From assembly GCA_963781885.1 (NCBI GenBank), contig CAWAHW010000007.1, positions 320,001 to 384,000 of the forward strand: 64,000 nucleotides of DNA, given 5' to 3'. A program made the translations under genes and the position numbers. This document shows positions 41,309 through 51,202 of the stretch, piece by piece. The notes under the pieces are model-generated. The model saw nothing but the letters and a program-made list of their open reading frames with translations. It searched no databases and was not told where the DNA came from. Numbering within the stretch: position 1 is the stretch's first letter; each line of letters begins with the position of its first letter. Source of the stretch: an uncultured Spirochaetota bacterium. Its GTDB lineage: Bacteria > Spirochaetota > Spirochaetia > SZUA-6 > Fen-1364.

Positions 41309-42730
41309 TCAGCCCGCGCGGGCCTTGTGCCGCTGGACGTGCGGGGCAAGGAACTCGGCATGGATCGTACGGAGCGCGAGTGAGTGGTTTTTTTCCTCGA
41401 TCACGAAGGAGATGTTCCGCTCCGAGGAGCCCTGCGCGATCACCAGGATGTTGATGCCCGCCTTTCCCAGCGCGCTGAAGAGCCTTCCCGCCATGCCCGG
41501 CGTTCCGTGCATGTTCTCCCCGATCACCGACACGATCAGGAGGTCGCGGATGAGCTCGAAGCGATCGATGCGCCGGGTGGTGAGCTCCGGCGCGAGCTCC
41601 CGGTTCAGCGCCGCGAGCGCGCGCTCGCCCTCCGCCGTGCGGAACACAAGGCAGATCGTGTGCTCGGAGGATGCCTGGGAGATCATGATGATGTTGATCC
41701 CGTCCCGGGCGAGCGCGGCAAAGATGCGCGCCGCGAAGCCGGGGATGCCCATCATGCCGCCGCCCTCGATGTTCACGATCGATATCCCGTCGATGGAGGC
41801 GATGCCGGTGATCGGCCTGCTCGCGTCGCGGGTGATGGCCGACGCGGCGGCGATCGTCGTGCCGGGCGCGTCGGGATTGAGGCTGTTCTTGATGAGGAGG
41901 GGGATGTTCTTCTCCACGGCCGGAACCATCGTGAAGGGATGGATGACCTTTGCCCCGAAATAGGAGAGCTCCATCGCCTCCTCCGAGGTGATCTCAGGGA
42001 TGACGAAGGCATCGGGGACGATGCGCGGGTCCGCCGAGAGCACGCCGTCCACGTCCGTCCATATCTCGATCAGGTCGGCGTCCGCGCCGGCGCCGACGAT
42101 GGAGGCCGTGTAGTCGGAGCCGTTTCTGCCGAGCGTCGTCGTGACGCCCCTTGGCGTCGCGCCGATGAATCCTGGGATCACGGCGATCCCCGCGATGCCG
42201 GCAAGCTTCGCGTGGATGAGGGCGTAGCTGCGGGGGAAATCCACGGACGCGGCGCCGAAGTGTTCGTCGGTGCAGATGAGCTCCCGCGCGTCCAGGAGCG
42301 CGGCGCCCATGCCCTGCGCGTTCATGTATGCGGCGGCGAGCACGCACGAAAGCCTCTCCCCGAAGCTCATGACGAGGTCCATCGTGCGCGCCGAGCATTC
42401 CCGAATCAGCTCCACCCCATGGAGTATCTCTTCGAGCTCGTTGCACATGACGGCAAGCGACGTGAGCGCGGGCGACTGGTCGGCGGGACCGAAGAGCAGG
42501 CGCGCGGCGTCGAAGTGCTTCGCCCGGATGGACGAAAGGATGTCCTCCTGGCCGCCGCTGCCTTCCTCCGCCGCGCGCGCGGCGGCGATGAGCTGGTCGG
42601 TGACGCCCTTCATCGCGGAGAGCACCACCGCGACCTTCTCCGTCGCCGCCGCCCGCTTGATGATCCCCGCGACACTGCGGATGCGCTCGCCGTCGGCGAC
42701 GGAGCTTCCGCCGAACTTCAATACTTTCAC
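41309..42730 (-). CDS. aspartate kinase, monofunctional, two ACT domains
   Basis: VLKFGGSS, TTLGRNGSD, TDVDG, ELSYFGAKV, QASSE and QGSSE. Confidence 0.93.
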   Translation of the reverse strand: MKVLKFGGSSVADGERIRSVAGIIKRAAATEKVAVVLSAMKGVTDQLIAAARAAEEGSGGQEDILSSIRAKHFDAARLLFGPADQSPALTSLAVMCNELEEILHGVELIRECSARTMDLVMSFGERLSCVLAAAYMNAQGMGAALLDARELICTDEHFGAASVDFPRSYALIHAKLAGIAGIAVIPGFIGATPRGVTTTLGRNGSDYTASIVGAGADADLIEIWTDVDGVLSADPRIVPDAFVIPEITSEEAMELSYFGAKVIHPFTMVPAVEKNIPLLIKNSLNPDAPGTTIAAASAITRDASRPITGIASIDGISIVNIEGGGMMGIPGFAARIFAALARDGINIIMISQASSEHTICLVFRTAEGERALAALNRELAPELTTRRIDRFELIRDLLIVSVIGENMHGTPGMAGRLFSALGKAGINILVIAQGSSERNISFVIEEKNHSLALRTIHAEFLAPHVQRHKARAG

Positions 42731-42736
42731 GACTGC

Positions 42737-43150
42737 CTATTCCCCCATGACCTTGATGATGACCCGCTTGGGCCTTCTGCCGTCGAACTCCGCGTAATAC
42801 ACCTGCTGCCAGGGGCCCAGGTCCAGATGCCCGTCCGTGATGGGAAGGATGACCTCGTGGCCGATGAGGAGATTCTTCAAGTGGCTGTCGCCATTGGATT
42901 CCCCGGTCCGGTGATGGCGATAGTCGGCCTTCCGCGGCGCCAGCATCTCAAGCCATTCGTCGATGTCCTGGATGAGCCCCTGCTCGGCATCGTTCACGTA
43001 GACCGCCGCGGTGATGTGCATGGCCGAGACGAGGACCATTCCCTCGCGGCATCCGCTCGCGCGGACGGCGGCTTCCACCTTTTCGGTGACGTTGACGTAT
43101 TCGCGCTCCTTGCGCGTATTGAACGTAAGATATTCGGTATGAAACTTCAT
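42737..43150 (-). CDS. YjbQ/UPF0047 family protein
   Basis: [26 protein letters not shown]. Confidence 0.9.
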   Translation of the reverse strand: MKFHTEYLTFNTRKEREYVNVTEKVEAAVRASGCREGMVLVSAMHITAAVYVNDAEQGLIQDIDEWLEMLAPRKADYRHHRTGESNGDSHLKNLLIGHEVILPITDGHLDLGPWQQVYYAEFDGRRPKRVIIKVMGE

Positions 43151-43236
43151 CCGCTGTCTCCGTGCTCCTGTGCACGCTACACTGTCTGGCGACCGCGGGT
43201 CTACCCGCGCCGCCGGCGGTCGCGCAGTGCGGCGGG

Positions 43237-44127
43237 CTATGCAGCGCGTACCTTCATCGCCGACCACTTCTTCCACTGGTACCACTGCTCGGGATTCTGG
43301 GTGACGTATTTCTGCCACAGTCCGAGGCAGTCCCGGGCCGTGCTTTCGGGCTTCGCGACCACCGACACGTCCTCGAGGATCAGGGTGTAGCGGCCGTGCC
43401 CGGTCCGCTTGAGGAAGGCGGCCACGACGGGGGCGCCGGACCTGTGAGAAAGGACATCGATGGTGTTGTCGAAGAAGAGCTCGCGACCGAAAAGGGTGAT
43501 GGTCTGGCTCTTGCGGCGTCTCCACGCGTCCACCTCGTCGCACTGGGTCATGAGCACCCGGTTGGCCTTCAGGGACTGCATGGCGCGCAGGAAGATGGAG
43601 CCGCCGTACGCGGAGGAGATGAGCTCGGTATCCCTGTTGGCGATCTTTTCCTGGAGGCTCTTTGCAAGCTTGGCCGTGGCGCATTCCAGGATCACGCTGG
43701 TCGGGACCGACTCCCCGTGGAGAACCCAGGGGATGAACTCGACCGCTCCCCAGTGGGCCGTCACCAGGATGCAGCCCTTGCCCTGCTCGAGCGCCTTGTG
43801 GAGGAGCTCTGCGCCTTGCACCTCGAAGTGATCGCGGACGTACTTGTTCACCGTCGGATAGTCGAGGTACGCGGAGAACATCTTTTCGAAGTAGTGAGTG
43901 AAAATGCCCTTGAATGTCTCCCGCACAACCGTGCGGACGTAGCTTTCGTCCTGCCCTGCCAGCACGTCACGGACGTTCCGCTCGATCACCCGCTTCTCGT
44001 GGCGGTTGATGAGGTAATAGAGGAAACCGATGGTGTGCAGATAGCGCTGGGCGACCCGGGGGCTCATGTGCCGGAACAGGAAAATATTGACCGGCGACTG
44101 GAAGAAAACGGAGATGTTCAGCTTCAT
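43237..44127 (-). CDS. LpxL-like lysophospholipid acyltransferase
   Basis: [27 protein letters not shown]. Confidence 0.85.
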   Translation of the reverse strand: MKLNISVFFQSPVNIFLFRHMSPRVAQRYLHTIGFLYYLINRHEKRVIERNVRDVLAGQDESYVRTVVRETFKGIFTHYFEKMFSAYLDYPTVNKYVRDHFEVQGAELLHKALEQGKGCILVTAHWGAVEFIPWVLHGESVPTSVILECATAKLAKSLQEKIANRDTELISSAYGGSIFLRAMQSLKANRVLMTQCDEVDAWRRRKSQTITLFGRELFFDNTIDVLSHRSGAPVVAAFLKRTGHGRYTLILEDVSVVAKPESTARDCLGLWQKYVTQNPEQWYQWKKWSAMKVRAA

Positions 44128-44202
44128 AAAGATCCTCCTAGGGGTGGTTTTGATGAATTCCACCACAGGAAGAATGGAGATGCAAGCTTTTTTTTACGTA
44201 AT

Positions 44203-46044
44203 TTACTTTTTGGGGGAACCGCTTAAATTTTCCGACATGACGACCGATTCATACACGTCGAGGAAGGCATCGCCCACCCTTTCTGAGAACTGGGTGTTCA
44301 TGTTTTTGCGAATTTCCCGGGCAGCCTGCTTCGATGGCATTCCCTTGCGGTAGGGGCGGGACGAGGTCATTGCATCATAGGCATCCGCGATGGATACGAT
44401 CTGGGCGCCCAGCGGGATGTCGTCGCCGGCGAGCTTGTCCGGGTAGCCCCGCCCGTCCCACCGTTCGTGGTGGTTGCGGATGAGGTACATGTGACTCCTG
44501 ATGAACTCGATGGGCTCGAGGATTTCCACGCCCTTGAGGGGATGCTTCTGGATGATCTTGAACTCGGCGTCGGTGAGCGGCTTGGGGCTGCGGACGATGG
44601 ATTCGGGGATGCCGATCTTGCCCACGTCGTGGAGGATGCTGCCGAAGCGCAGATATTCGATCTCGGTCTCGGAGAGGCCGAGCTTGCGGGCCACTTCCAC
44701 CGCCATGCGGGCCACCCTTTCCGAATGGCCGCGTGTATAGGTGTCCTTCTCCTCGATTGCCTGCACGAGCGCCCGCACGGCGCTCACGTAGCTCGTCTTC
44801 AGCTCCTCGTCCAGGCGCGCCCGCAGGAAGACCGTGGCGAGGTTGTTCGCAAAGATGGAGAGGAACTCCGTGTCGCTGTTCGTGAGCCTCTTGTCGTTGC
44901 CCCGGCGGTCCGCGCCGAGGATGCCGATGATCCGATCCTCCGCGCGAAGAGGACAGATGATGAAGGAGCTGGGCCTGAAATCCGCCAGGATCCGGTTCGT
45001 CGGGTTCAGCCCCGCGGCCTTCACGTCGCGGATGAGCACGGGTCTGCCCCGCTTCACGACCCTCACCATGAGGTTCTGGTCCCGCGTGAGGGGGATGCGA
45101 TAGCTGCGGAGCCGGTCCATCGCCTCCGTGGATTCGCCCACGCCGTAGCTGTACTCCAGGTATTCTTCCGTCGCGTTCACGAGCATGATGATCGCCCGGT
45201 CGAAGCCGAACACCTCGACGATCGGCGTCATGGTCTGCTGGAGCACCTGGCGGGTGTCGGCGACGGAGACCATGGTGCGCGTGGCGTTGTTGATCGCCTT
45301 CAGCATGGTCACCTTCTGGCTCAGCTCCGCGTTGAGCAGGGACAGCTCGTCGTACTTGTCCCGCAAGAGCGCCTTGTCGCGGTCGATCTCCTGCAGCGCC
45401 GTATAGAGGTTCGACTTGCGCGTGATCAGGCGCGAGAGCAGGCTGCGGAAGCGCCCCCATCCGACGCTCCAGGTCAGGGTGATCTCGCAGAACGGCTGGC
45501 CCTCGAACTGGCAGGAGCTTTCCACCACGTGCGCCGCCGGCTGTCCCCAGATGGTCGGGATGGCGCTGTAGATGCCCTTGTTGTAGGAGCAGACGTCCTT
45601 GGACGATGTGACCGTATCGCGCCAATGCCAGCGGATCACCGCGCGGCCGGGCGAGTCGTAGAGCAGCTCCACGATCTTCGTGCTGTTGAGCTTCGTGTTG
45701 AGGAGGTTCATGCGGCGCAGGGCGAGTCGCGGCGAGGAGAATATCTTCATGAAGATGTTCTGCCAGTAGCCGAACTCCCTGTTCAGCACGGAGTCGAAAC
45801 CGATCTCGAATCCGACGTCAGGGTTCTTCGTGATGAGGCGCGCCCTCTCCAGCAGTCCCACGAAAAAGCCGGAAGGGATCCAGTTGTTCTCGTCCGTGAG
45901 GAATCGCTCGAGCTCCGGCATCTCGGCCCAGGGAGAGGGAAGGGCGTGCAGCAATTCCCCCAGCGATGACGGATGCTTCTTGCGAATGTACTCTATGATC
46001 GCCCTGCTGTTGAGGCAGCTGACGTTGTTGCCTTCCTGCGGCAC
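44203..46044 (-). CDS. HD-GYP phosphodiesterase with a V4R-like sensor and a GAF domain
   Basis: ESSCQFEGQPFCE; GAF-like FDRAIIML...ICPL; YTRGHS, LHDVGKIG, HHERWDGRGYP, ADAYDAMTSSRPYRK. Confidence 0.88.
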   Translation of the reverse strand: MPQEGNNVSCLNSRAIIEYIRKKHPSSLGELLHALPSPWAEMPELERFLTDENNWIPSGFFVGLLERARLITKNPDVGFEIGFDSVLNREFGYWQNIFMKIFSSPRLALRRMNLLNTKLNSTKIVELLYDSPGRAVIRWHWRDTVTSSKDVCSYNKGIYSAIPTIWGQPAAHVVESSCQFEGQPFCEITLTWSVGWGRFRSLLSRLITRKSNLYTALQEIDRDKALLRDKYDELSLLNAELSQKVTMLKAINNATRTMVSVADTRQVLQQTMTPIVEVFGFDRAIIMLVNATEEYLEYSYGVGESTEAMDRLRSYRIPLTRDQNLMVRVVKRGRPVLIRDVKAAGLNPTNRILADFRPSSFIICPLRAEDRIIGILGADRRGNDKRLTNSDTEFLSIFANNLATVFLRARLDEELKTSYVSAVRALVQAIEEKDTYTRGHSERVARMAVEVARKLGLSETEIEYLRFGSILHDVGKIGIPESIVRSPKPLTDAEFKIIQKHPLKGVEILEPIEFIRSHMYLIRNHHERWDGRGYPDKLAGDDIPLGAQIVSIADAYDAMTSSRPYRKGMPSKQAAREIRKNMNTQFSERVGDAFLDVYESVVMSENLSGSPKK

Positions 46045-46287
46045 ACTTATCCCTTCACGCCCCTACGGCTGGAAATGGACTACTCCCCACACGTCTTGTA
46101 TCGGCAATGAGAGTATCAGAATTCTCCTATATTGTGGAAAAATCCTTATTTTTCTACGATAAAATCAGAGTCGCGATTTGAAGCCTCTTCCTATCGCAGT
46201 CATATAAAGAACTGCGCCGCGCATCGCATGGGCAGCTTGCGTCCCGGTTGCGAAGATTGTAGCATCCACACCTTGAGGAGCGAGAAA

Positions 46288-47433
46288 ATGAGGATCGTGA
46301 GCGCCACGCTGCATTTCCTGCAGATCCCCTTTCGCCTGAGCATCAGCCATGGCGCCCGGGTCGGGCGGACCTTTTCCGATTCCATCGTTCTCCATGTCGA
46401 CTGCGGCGGGGTCGCCGGATACGGCGAGGCCGTGCTGCGGGAGTACGTTTCCGGCAGCCTCGGAGGGCCGGAAGGCTTTGCCGAGCAGGCCGCCGCGGTC
46501 GTTTCCGGCTTCCTCGCGCCTTTGCGCGATCGGACCTTCTCGTGGGCGGATGCGGCAGAAACACTCGCGGGCTTTTCCTGCGGGCCGGCGGCCCTTCCCT
46601 TGCTCTGTGCCGTGGAGTCGGCGCTCCTCTCCTGCGACGCCGCGGAGACGGGCCGGGACCCCTGGTCGGTGCTGGGCATGGAGCCCGTCAGGAAGAACGT
46701 GGTATACGGCGGCGTCCTCCCCATGCTCCCGCTCGAAGCGGCCGGAAAATACATCGAATTGTGCGCCACCCTCGCGCTCCCCAATCTGAAGGTGAAGGTC
46801 GGGACGGACCTTGGCTACAACGAGGCGATTCTTTCGCTCTGCCGGAAAAGATTGGGCGACAGGTGTGACATCCGCGTCGATGCGAACGCGGCCTGGACGA
46901 CCGCCGACGCCGAAGACCAGGCCGACATCTGCGCGCGCCACGGCGTCCGGGTGATCGAGCAGCCGTTTCCCGCGGCCGCGCGCGACACCGATGCCGCCGC
47001 GGCGCGCCTGGTGCGGAGCGGCTTCCGGCTCATGGCCGACGAGGGCGTGCTCACGCCGGAGGATCTCTCCTCGCTGGCCGGCTCGGGGCTCGCGCAGGTG
47101 TTCAACCTGCGCCTGTCGAAAAACGGCGGGCTCCTGCGCTTGCTTGCACTGGCGCGCGAGGCTGACGCCCGCGGCCTTTCCTGTCAGCTCGGCTGCATGG
47201 TGGGCGAGACGGGCATCCTCTCCTGCATGGGACGACTGGCGGCATCGCTCATGCCGCGGCCCCTCTACGTCGAGGGAAGCTACGACGACCTGCTGCTGGA
47301 GAAGAACATCACCCGGCCGAGCTTCAGCTTCGGGCGCGGCGGGATCGCCCCGCTCCCGCGCGAACCGGGCATGGGGTATGTCATTGACGCGCAGAGTCTT
47401 TCGGCATTCAGCCGCGAGACGCGTCCGGTGTGA
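46288..47433 (+). CDS. enolase-superfamily (muconate lactonizing enzyme/dipeptide epimerase-like) protein
   Basis: GYGE, KVKVG, RVDANAAW, IEQP, MADE, LSKNGG, GCMVGE. Confidence 0.85.
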   Translation: MRIVSATLHFLQIPFRLSISHGARVGRTFSDSIVLHVDCGGVAGYGEAVLREYVSGSLGGPEGFAEQAAAVVSGFLAPLRDRTFSWADAAETLAGFSCGPAALPLLCAVESALLSCDAAETGRDPWSVLGMEPVRKNVVYGGVLPMLPLEAAGKYIELCATLALPNLKVKVGTDLGYNEAILSLCRKRLGDRCDIRVDANAAWTTADAEDQADICARHGVRVIEQPFPAAARDTDAAAARLVRSGFRLMADEGVLTPEDLSSLAGSGLAQVFNLRLSKNGGLLRLLALAREADARGLSCQLGCMVGETGILSCMGRLAASLMPRPLYVEGSYDDLLLEKNITRPSFSFGRGGIAPLPREPGMGYVIDAQSLSAFSRETRPV

Positions 47434-48013
47434 AGCCGAGCCCGATGAAGTAGGTTTCCATCGATTCCGACCTGCTCGCTTTGGGCTTGAACGCGCGCGC
47501 CGTGCCAAAAAGGCGCCGCATGCTCTCCAGCACCTCGCGCTCCTCGCCACCCTGGAAAATCTTCAGGACGCAGTTGCCCCCCGGAGTGAGGCTCCGTGCA
47601 CAGAAGGCGAGCACGGTCCGGGCGATCTCCGCGGACCGCGCGGTGTCGCGCGTTCGATTGCCGGTGGTGGAAGGGGCCGCGTCCGACACGACCAGGTCGA
47701 AGGGCCCCGCGGAAATGATGCTCCCGCTCACGGGCTCGGTCGTGAAGTCGCCCTGCAGGAAGCGGTAGTTCTTCCGCGCAAGGAGCTTCGCGTCCGGCTC
47801 GTTCAGGTCCACGCCCATGACGCTGCCCGCGCCCGCAAGCGTGTCCAGGAGCCAGAGGCTCCAGCTTCCCGGTGAGGCGCCCAGGTCGAGCACGCGGGTT
47901 CCCGGCCGCACGACCCTGTACTTCTGCTGGATCTCCTGGAGCTTGAACACGGACCTCGCGGGGTATCCCTCGTCCTTCGACTTCTGCCAGTAGTAGTCCG
48001 GTTTCTGCGCCAT
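47408..48013 (-). CDS. rlmE: 23S rRNA 2'-O-methyltransferase
   Basis: YPARSVFKL, DLGASPGSW, SDAAP, KPKASRSES. Confidence 0.92.
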   Translation of the reverse strand: MAQKPDYYWQKSKDEGYPARSVFKLQEIQQKYRVVRPGTRVLDLGASPGSWSLWLLDTLAGAGSVMGVDLNEPDAKLLARKNYRFLQGDFTTEPVSGSIISAGPFDLVVSDAAPSTTGNRTRDTARSAEIARTVLAFCARSLTPGGNCVLKIFQGGEEREVLESMRRLFGTARAFKPKASRSESMETYFIGLGFTPDASRG

Positions 48014-48090
48014 CTCGTCTCACCGTAACAGATCGCGCGCGTGCCTCACAAGGTGGCGGCACTCCGCCTTCGCGCGGAGTACCGCGCTAC

Positions 48091-48140
48091 GCCTCCTCCC
48101 GGCCGTCCCTGGCCTCGTCGGCCTCGCCATCCATGGCTAC
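48091..48140. repeat. dispersed intergenic repeat with CANGGA hairpins on the minus strand
   Basis: GCCTCCTCCCGGCCGTCCCTGGC matches 53311-53333 at 21/23; GCCATCCATGGC at 48126-48137. Confidence 0.65.
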
Positions 48141-48182
48141 GGCCCTGTTGACTCGCCCGGGGGGGCATCGTACTTTGGCTTC

Positions 48183-48818
48183 ATGGCCAACATTCTGCGC
48201 CGACCGATCAAGTACTCGTACTACAACGCCACCATCATCCTGATCGTGGCCAATATCCTCGTCTTTCTCTTCAGCTTCGTCGACAATCAGCACATCCTGG
48301 TCTACGCCTATCTCATCCCGGCGTACGTGCTCCAGGCAGGCTGGTGGTGGCAGGTCGTGTCCTATATGTTCGTGCACGCCGGCTGGGCGCATATCTTTTT
48401 CAACATGCTCGCGCTTTTCCTCTTCGGCATCCAGCTCGAGCGGCGCATGGGAAGCACCGAGTTCCTTCTTTTCTACTTCGTCTGCGGCATCGGCGCGGGC
48501 ATTTTCACCGTGTTCTTCAACAGCGCCACCGGCCAGGGCATGATCCCCGTGGTGGGCGCATCGGGGGCAATATATGGCCTCCTCCTGGGATTCGCCGCCT
48601 TCTTCCCCGACGCCCGGGTCTTCATCTTCGGCATCCTTCCCATGCGCGCCCCGGTGATGGTGGCGGTCTACGCGGGCATCGAGATCGTGTCGCAGTTCAC
48701 GGGCTGGAACGCGGGCGTCGCGCACCTCGCGCACCTCGCGGGCCTGCTCTTCGCGTACCTCTATCTCGTGGTCCGCTTCGGCATCAATCCCATCAAGGTC
48801 TTCTTCCACAAGACGTAG
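48183..48818 (+). CDS. rhomboid intramembrane serine protease
   Basis: HIFFNM, GASG, AHLAG; TTGACT-17-TACTTT upstream. Confidence 0.92.
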   Translation: MANILRRPIKYSYYNATIILIVANILVFLFSFVDNQHILVYAYLIPAYVLQAGWWWQVVSYMFVHAGWAHIFFNMLALFLFGIQLERRMGSTEFLLFYFVCGIGAGIFTVFFNSATGQGMIPVVGASGAIYGLLLGFAAFFPDARVFIFGILPMRAPVMVAVYAGIEIVSQFTGWNAGVAHLAHLAGLLFAYLYLVVRFGINPIKVFFHKT

Positions 48819-48840
48819 CACCCGATACTCTAGACAGCGG

Positions 48841-49500
48841 ATGCGTGCCCTTGTGCCCTCCCTCCTCATTCTCTTCCTCGGTGTGCAGGCCGGCGCGGCC
48901 GACCGGCTCTTCGTGCGTCCCTGGATCGAGCTGGAGCCCGTCGTCCGCATCGACCCCGTCCATTACCCGCTGCCGCTGGACGTCGCGGAGAAGGACGTCC
49001 TGGAAGTGGGCCGGGGGCTCGTTTCCGACATGATCTATGGCTGGACATTCACCTACATCCCCAGCGACAAGGCGCGTCAGGTGGCGGAGACATTCACCCT
49101 CACACCGGTGGCGCAGGTCGCCTGGGGCAATCCCCGGCTCCGTGTGACGGAGACGGAAGTCTCCGATACCCGGCTGTGGGCGCGCATTGCGTATTCCCTT
49201 GACGACGAGGAGGCCCTCCGGCGGTCCGCCTGGGACAGCAATACCACCGACCTGTCGACGGGCCGCGGCTCCGTGAGCGTCATGCAGGGACCGGCCGGGC
49301 GCGAGGCGTCACTGGAGGCCGCCATACGGGATGCCATCCGCCTGAGCCTCGACGCGCGGTGGGTCAACAAGCCGCGCCAGATCGACGGCGAGGTGGTCCT
49401 GTGGGACGATCCGGTGACCGTGGTGCGATCCGGCACCTACACGACGGTCGCGAAGATCAAGCTGCTCGTCCGCGAGCTCGTTCCCTATAGAATTTTCTGA
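48841..49500 (+). CDS. exported hypothetical protein
   Basis: Signal-like N-terminus; MIYGWTFTYIPSDKAR. Confidence 0.7.
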   Translation: MRALVPSLLILFLGVQAGAADRLFVRPWIELEPVVRIDPVHYPLPLDVAEKDVLEVGRGLVSDMIYGWTFTYIPSDKARQVAETFTLTPVAQVAWGNPRLRVTETEVSDTRLWARIAYSLDDEEALRRSAWDSNTTDLSTGRGSVSVMQGPAGREASLEAAIRDAIRLSLDARWVNKPRQIDGEVVLWDDPVTVVRSGTYTTVAKIKLLVRELVPYRIF

Positions 49501-49522
49501 TCGGAAACACTATCTTCATTTC

Positions 49523-51130
49523 ATGCTGAAAAGAGGGTTTCTTCTTCTGCCGGCCCTCCTCGCGGCGTCCGCGGGCGTTTTCGGGGCATCCAATGGCCCC
49601 GCGAACCTCCCGGTCCGCGAGTTCGTCCTTGCCAATACCACGCTCGATCCGAATCTCGATCCGCTTCACACCTATACGACATTCGAATCGCAGTTCTACA
49701 CCGCCATCTACGAAGGTCTCGTGGATTCCGACCCCAGCACCCTGGCGCCGGAACCGGCAACCGCGGCAAGCTGGCAGACGTCGGATGACGGCAAGACCTG
49801 GACGTTCCAGCTTCGGCCGGACGCGCGGTACTCCAACGGCGACAAGGTGCGCGCGCAGGACTTCGTCGCCGCCTGGCTTCGCATGCTCGATCCCGCCAAC
49901 AACGCGGAGAACTCCTATCTCCTCGACGTCATCAAGGGCGCGCGCGCCTACCGGACAGGGGCGTTGAAGGACGCGAGCCAGGTCGGCGTCAAGGCACTTT
50001 CCGATTCCGTGCTCGAAGTGGACCTGGAAAGCCCCGCGGCGCACTTCCTGAAGCTCCTCACTCATTTCGCTTTCCTGCCGCTGCATCCGTCTCTTGTCAA
50101 TTCCACGGGCTGGAACAAGGCGCCGACGGTGATCGGCAACGGTCCCTACGTCATCAAGAGCCGTACCGCCACGGACATCATCCTTGAAAAGAACCCGTAC
50201 TACTGGGACCTCGCGAAGCTCGGGCTGGACCGCCTGCGCATCCATTTCATGGACGATGCCAATGACGCGACGGACGGGTATATCACGGGCAAGTACAACT
50301 GGGTCACGCAGGACCTCGTGAGCTTCGACAAGTTGGAAGCGAACGACAAGGTGGAAGTGGAGCCCCAGTTCGCCACGACCTACCTGTATTTCGTCTGCGC
50401 GCAGCCGCCGTGGAACGATTTTCGCGTACGGCGCGCGCTCGCTCTGCTCGTGCCGTGGGACAAGATCCGCACGAAGGACAGCTTCACCTTTCCGTCGGAG
50501 CTGCTCGTGCCTTCCATTCCCAACTATCCCACCGTGCAGGGCATCGCCAGCCAGCAGATCGACGAGGCGAAAAAGCTCCTCGCGGACGCGGGATTTCCCG
50601 ACGGCAAGGGACTGCCCCCGCTCGTGATCAAGATCAGCTCGGCGAGCACGGGCCTGAAGAAGCTCCTCCAGCAGGCGGCCGACGCGTGGAAATCGCTCGC
50701 GGGTCTCGACGTGCAGTGGAAAGAGGTGGACCCTGACGCCTACTTCAGCGAAATCCACAATTTCGACTACACGCTCGCCGAATCCTCGTGGATCGGCGAC
50801 TACGCGGATCCGCTCACGTTCCTCCAGATGTGGACGACCGGCAGCAATCTCAACGACGCACGGTTCTCCGACGCCGACTACGACAAGGCGGTGAATGAAG
50901 CGATCTCCATGACGGACAGCCGCAAGCGCTACCAGAGGCTCGCGGACGCGGAGCAGATCCTCCTGTCCAAGGCGGCGGTCATCCCGCTGGACCATCAGCC
51001 CTCCGTCAACCTGATCAACACGAACGCCATCGGCGGGTGGTTCCCCAACCCGTTGGACATCCACCCGTTCAAGTTCCTCACCTTCAAGGGCAGGACGAGC
51101 CCTCCGGGCATCGCCATGGCGGGGGACTGA
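49523..51130 (+). CDS. peptide ABC transporter substrate-binding protein (OppA family)
   Basis: LDP, IYEGL, NGPY, NPYYWD, WIGDYADP. Confidence 0.9.
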   Translation: MLKRGFLLLPALLAASAGVFGASNGPANLPVREFVLANTTLDPNLDPLHTYTTFESQFYTAIYEGLVDSDPSTLAPEPATAASWQTSDDGKTWTFQLRPDARYSNGDKVRAQDFVAAWLRMLDPANNAENSYLLDVIKGARAYRTGALKDASQVGVKALSDSVLEVDLESPAAHFLKLLTHFAFLPLHPSLVNSTGWNKAPTVIGNGPYVIKSRTATDIILEKNPYYWDLAKLGLDRLRIHFMDDANDATDGYITGKYNWVTQDLVSFDKLEANDKVEVEPQFATTYLYFVCAQPPWNDFRVRRALALLVPWDKIRTKDSFTFPSELLVPSIPNYPTVQGIASQQIDEAKKLLADAGFPDGKGLPPLVIKISSASTGLKKLLQQAADAWKSLAGLDVQWKEVDPDAYFSEIHNFDYTLAESSWIGDYADPLTFLQMWTTGSNLNDARFSDADYDKAVNEAISMTDSRKRYQRLADAEQILLSKAAVIPLDHQPSVNLINTNAIGGWFPNPLDIHPFKFLTFKGRTSPPGIAMAGD

Positions 51131-51202
51131 GGACCGGAATCCCATCGCCCTGCGCACCCGCAGGGACGCATCTGAGCGACGACATCTGAGGAGGAAGGTG
51201 AC

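Noticed and set aside
46098-46125. sigma28 promoter for the HD-GYP gene
   Set aside because: GCCGATAC -10 box is present on the minus strand but there is no convincing TAAA/TCAA -35 box.
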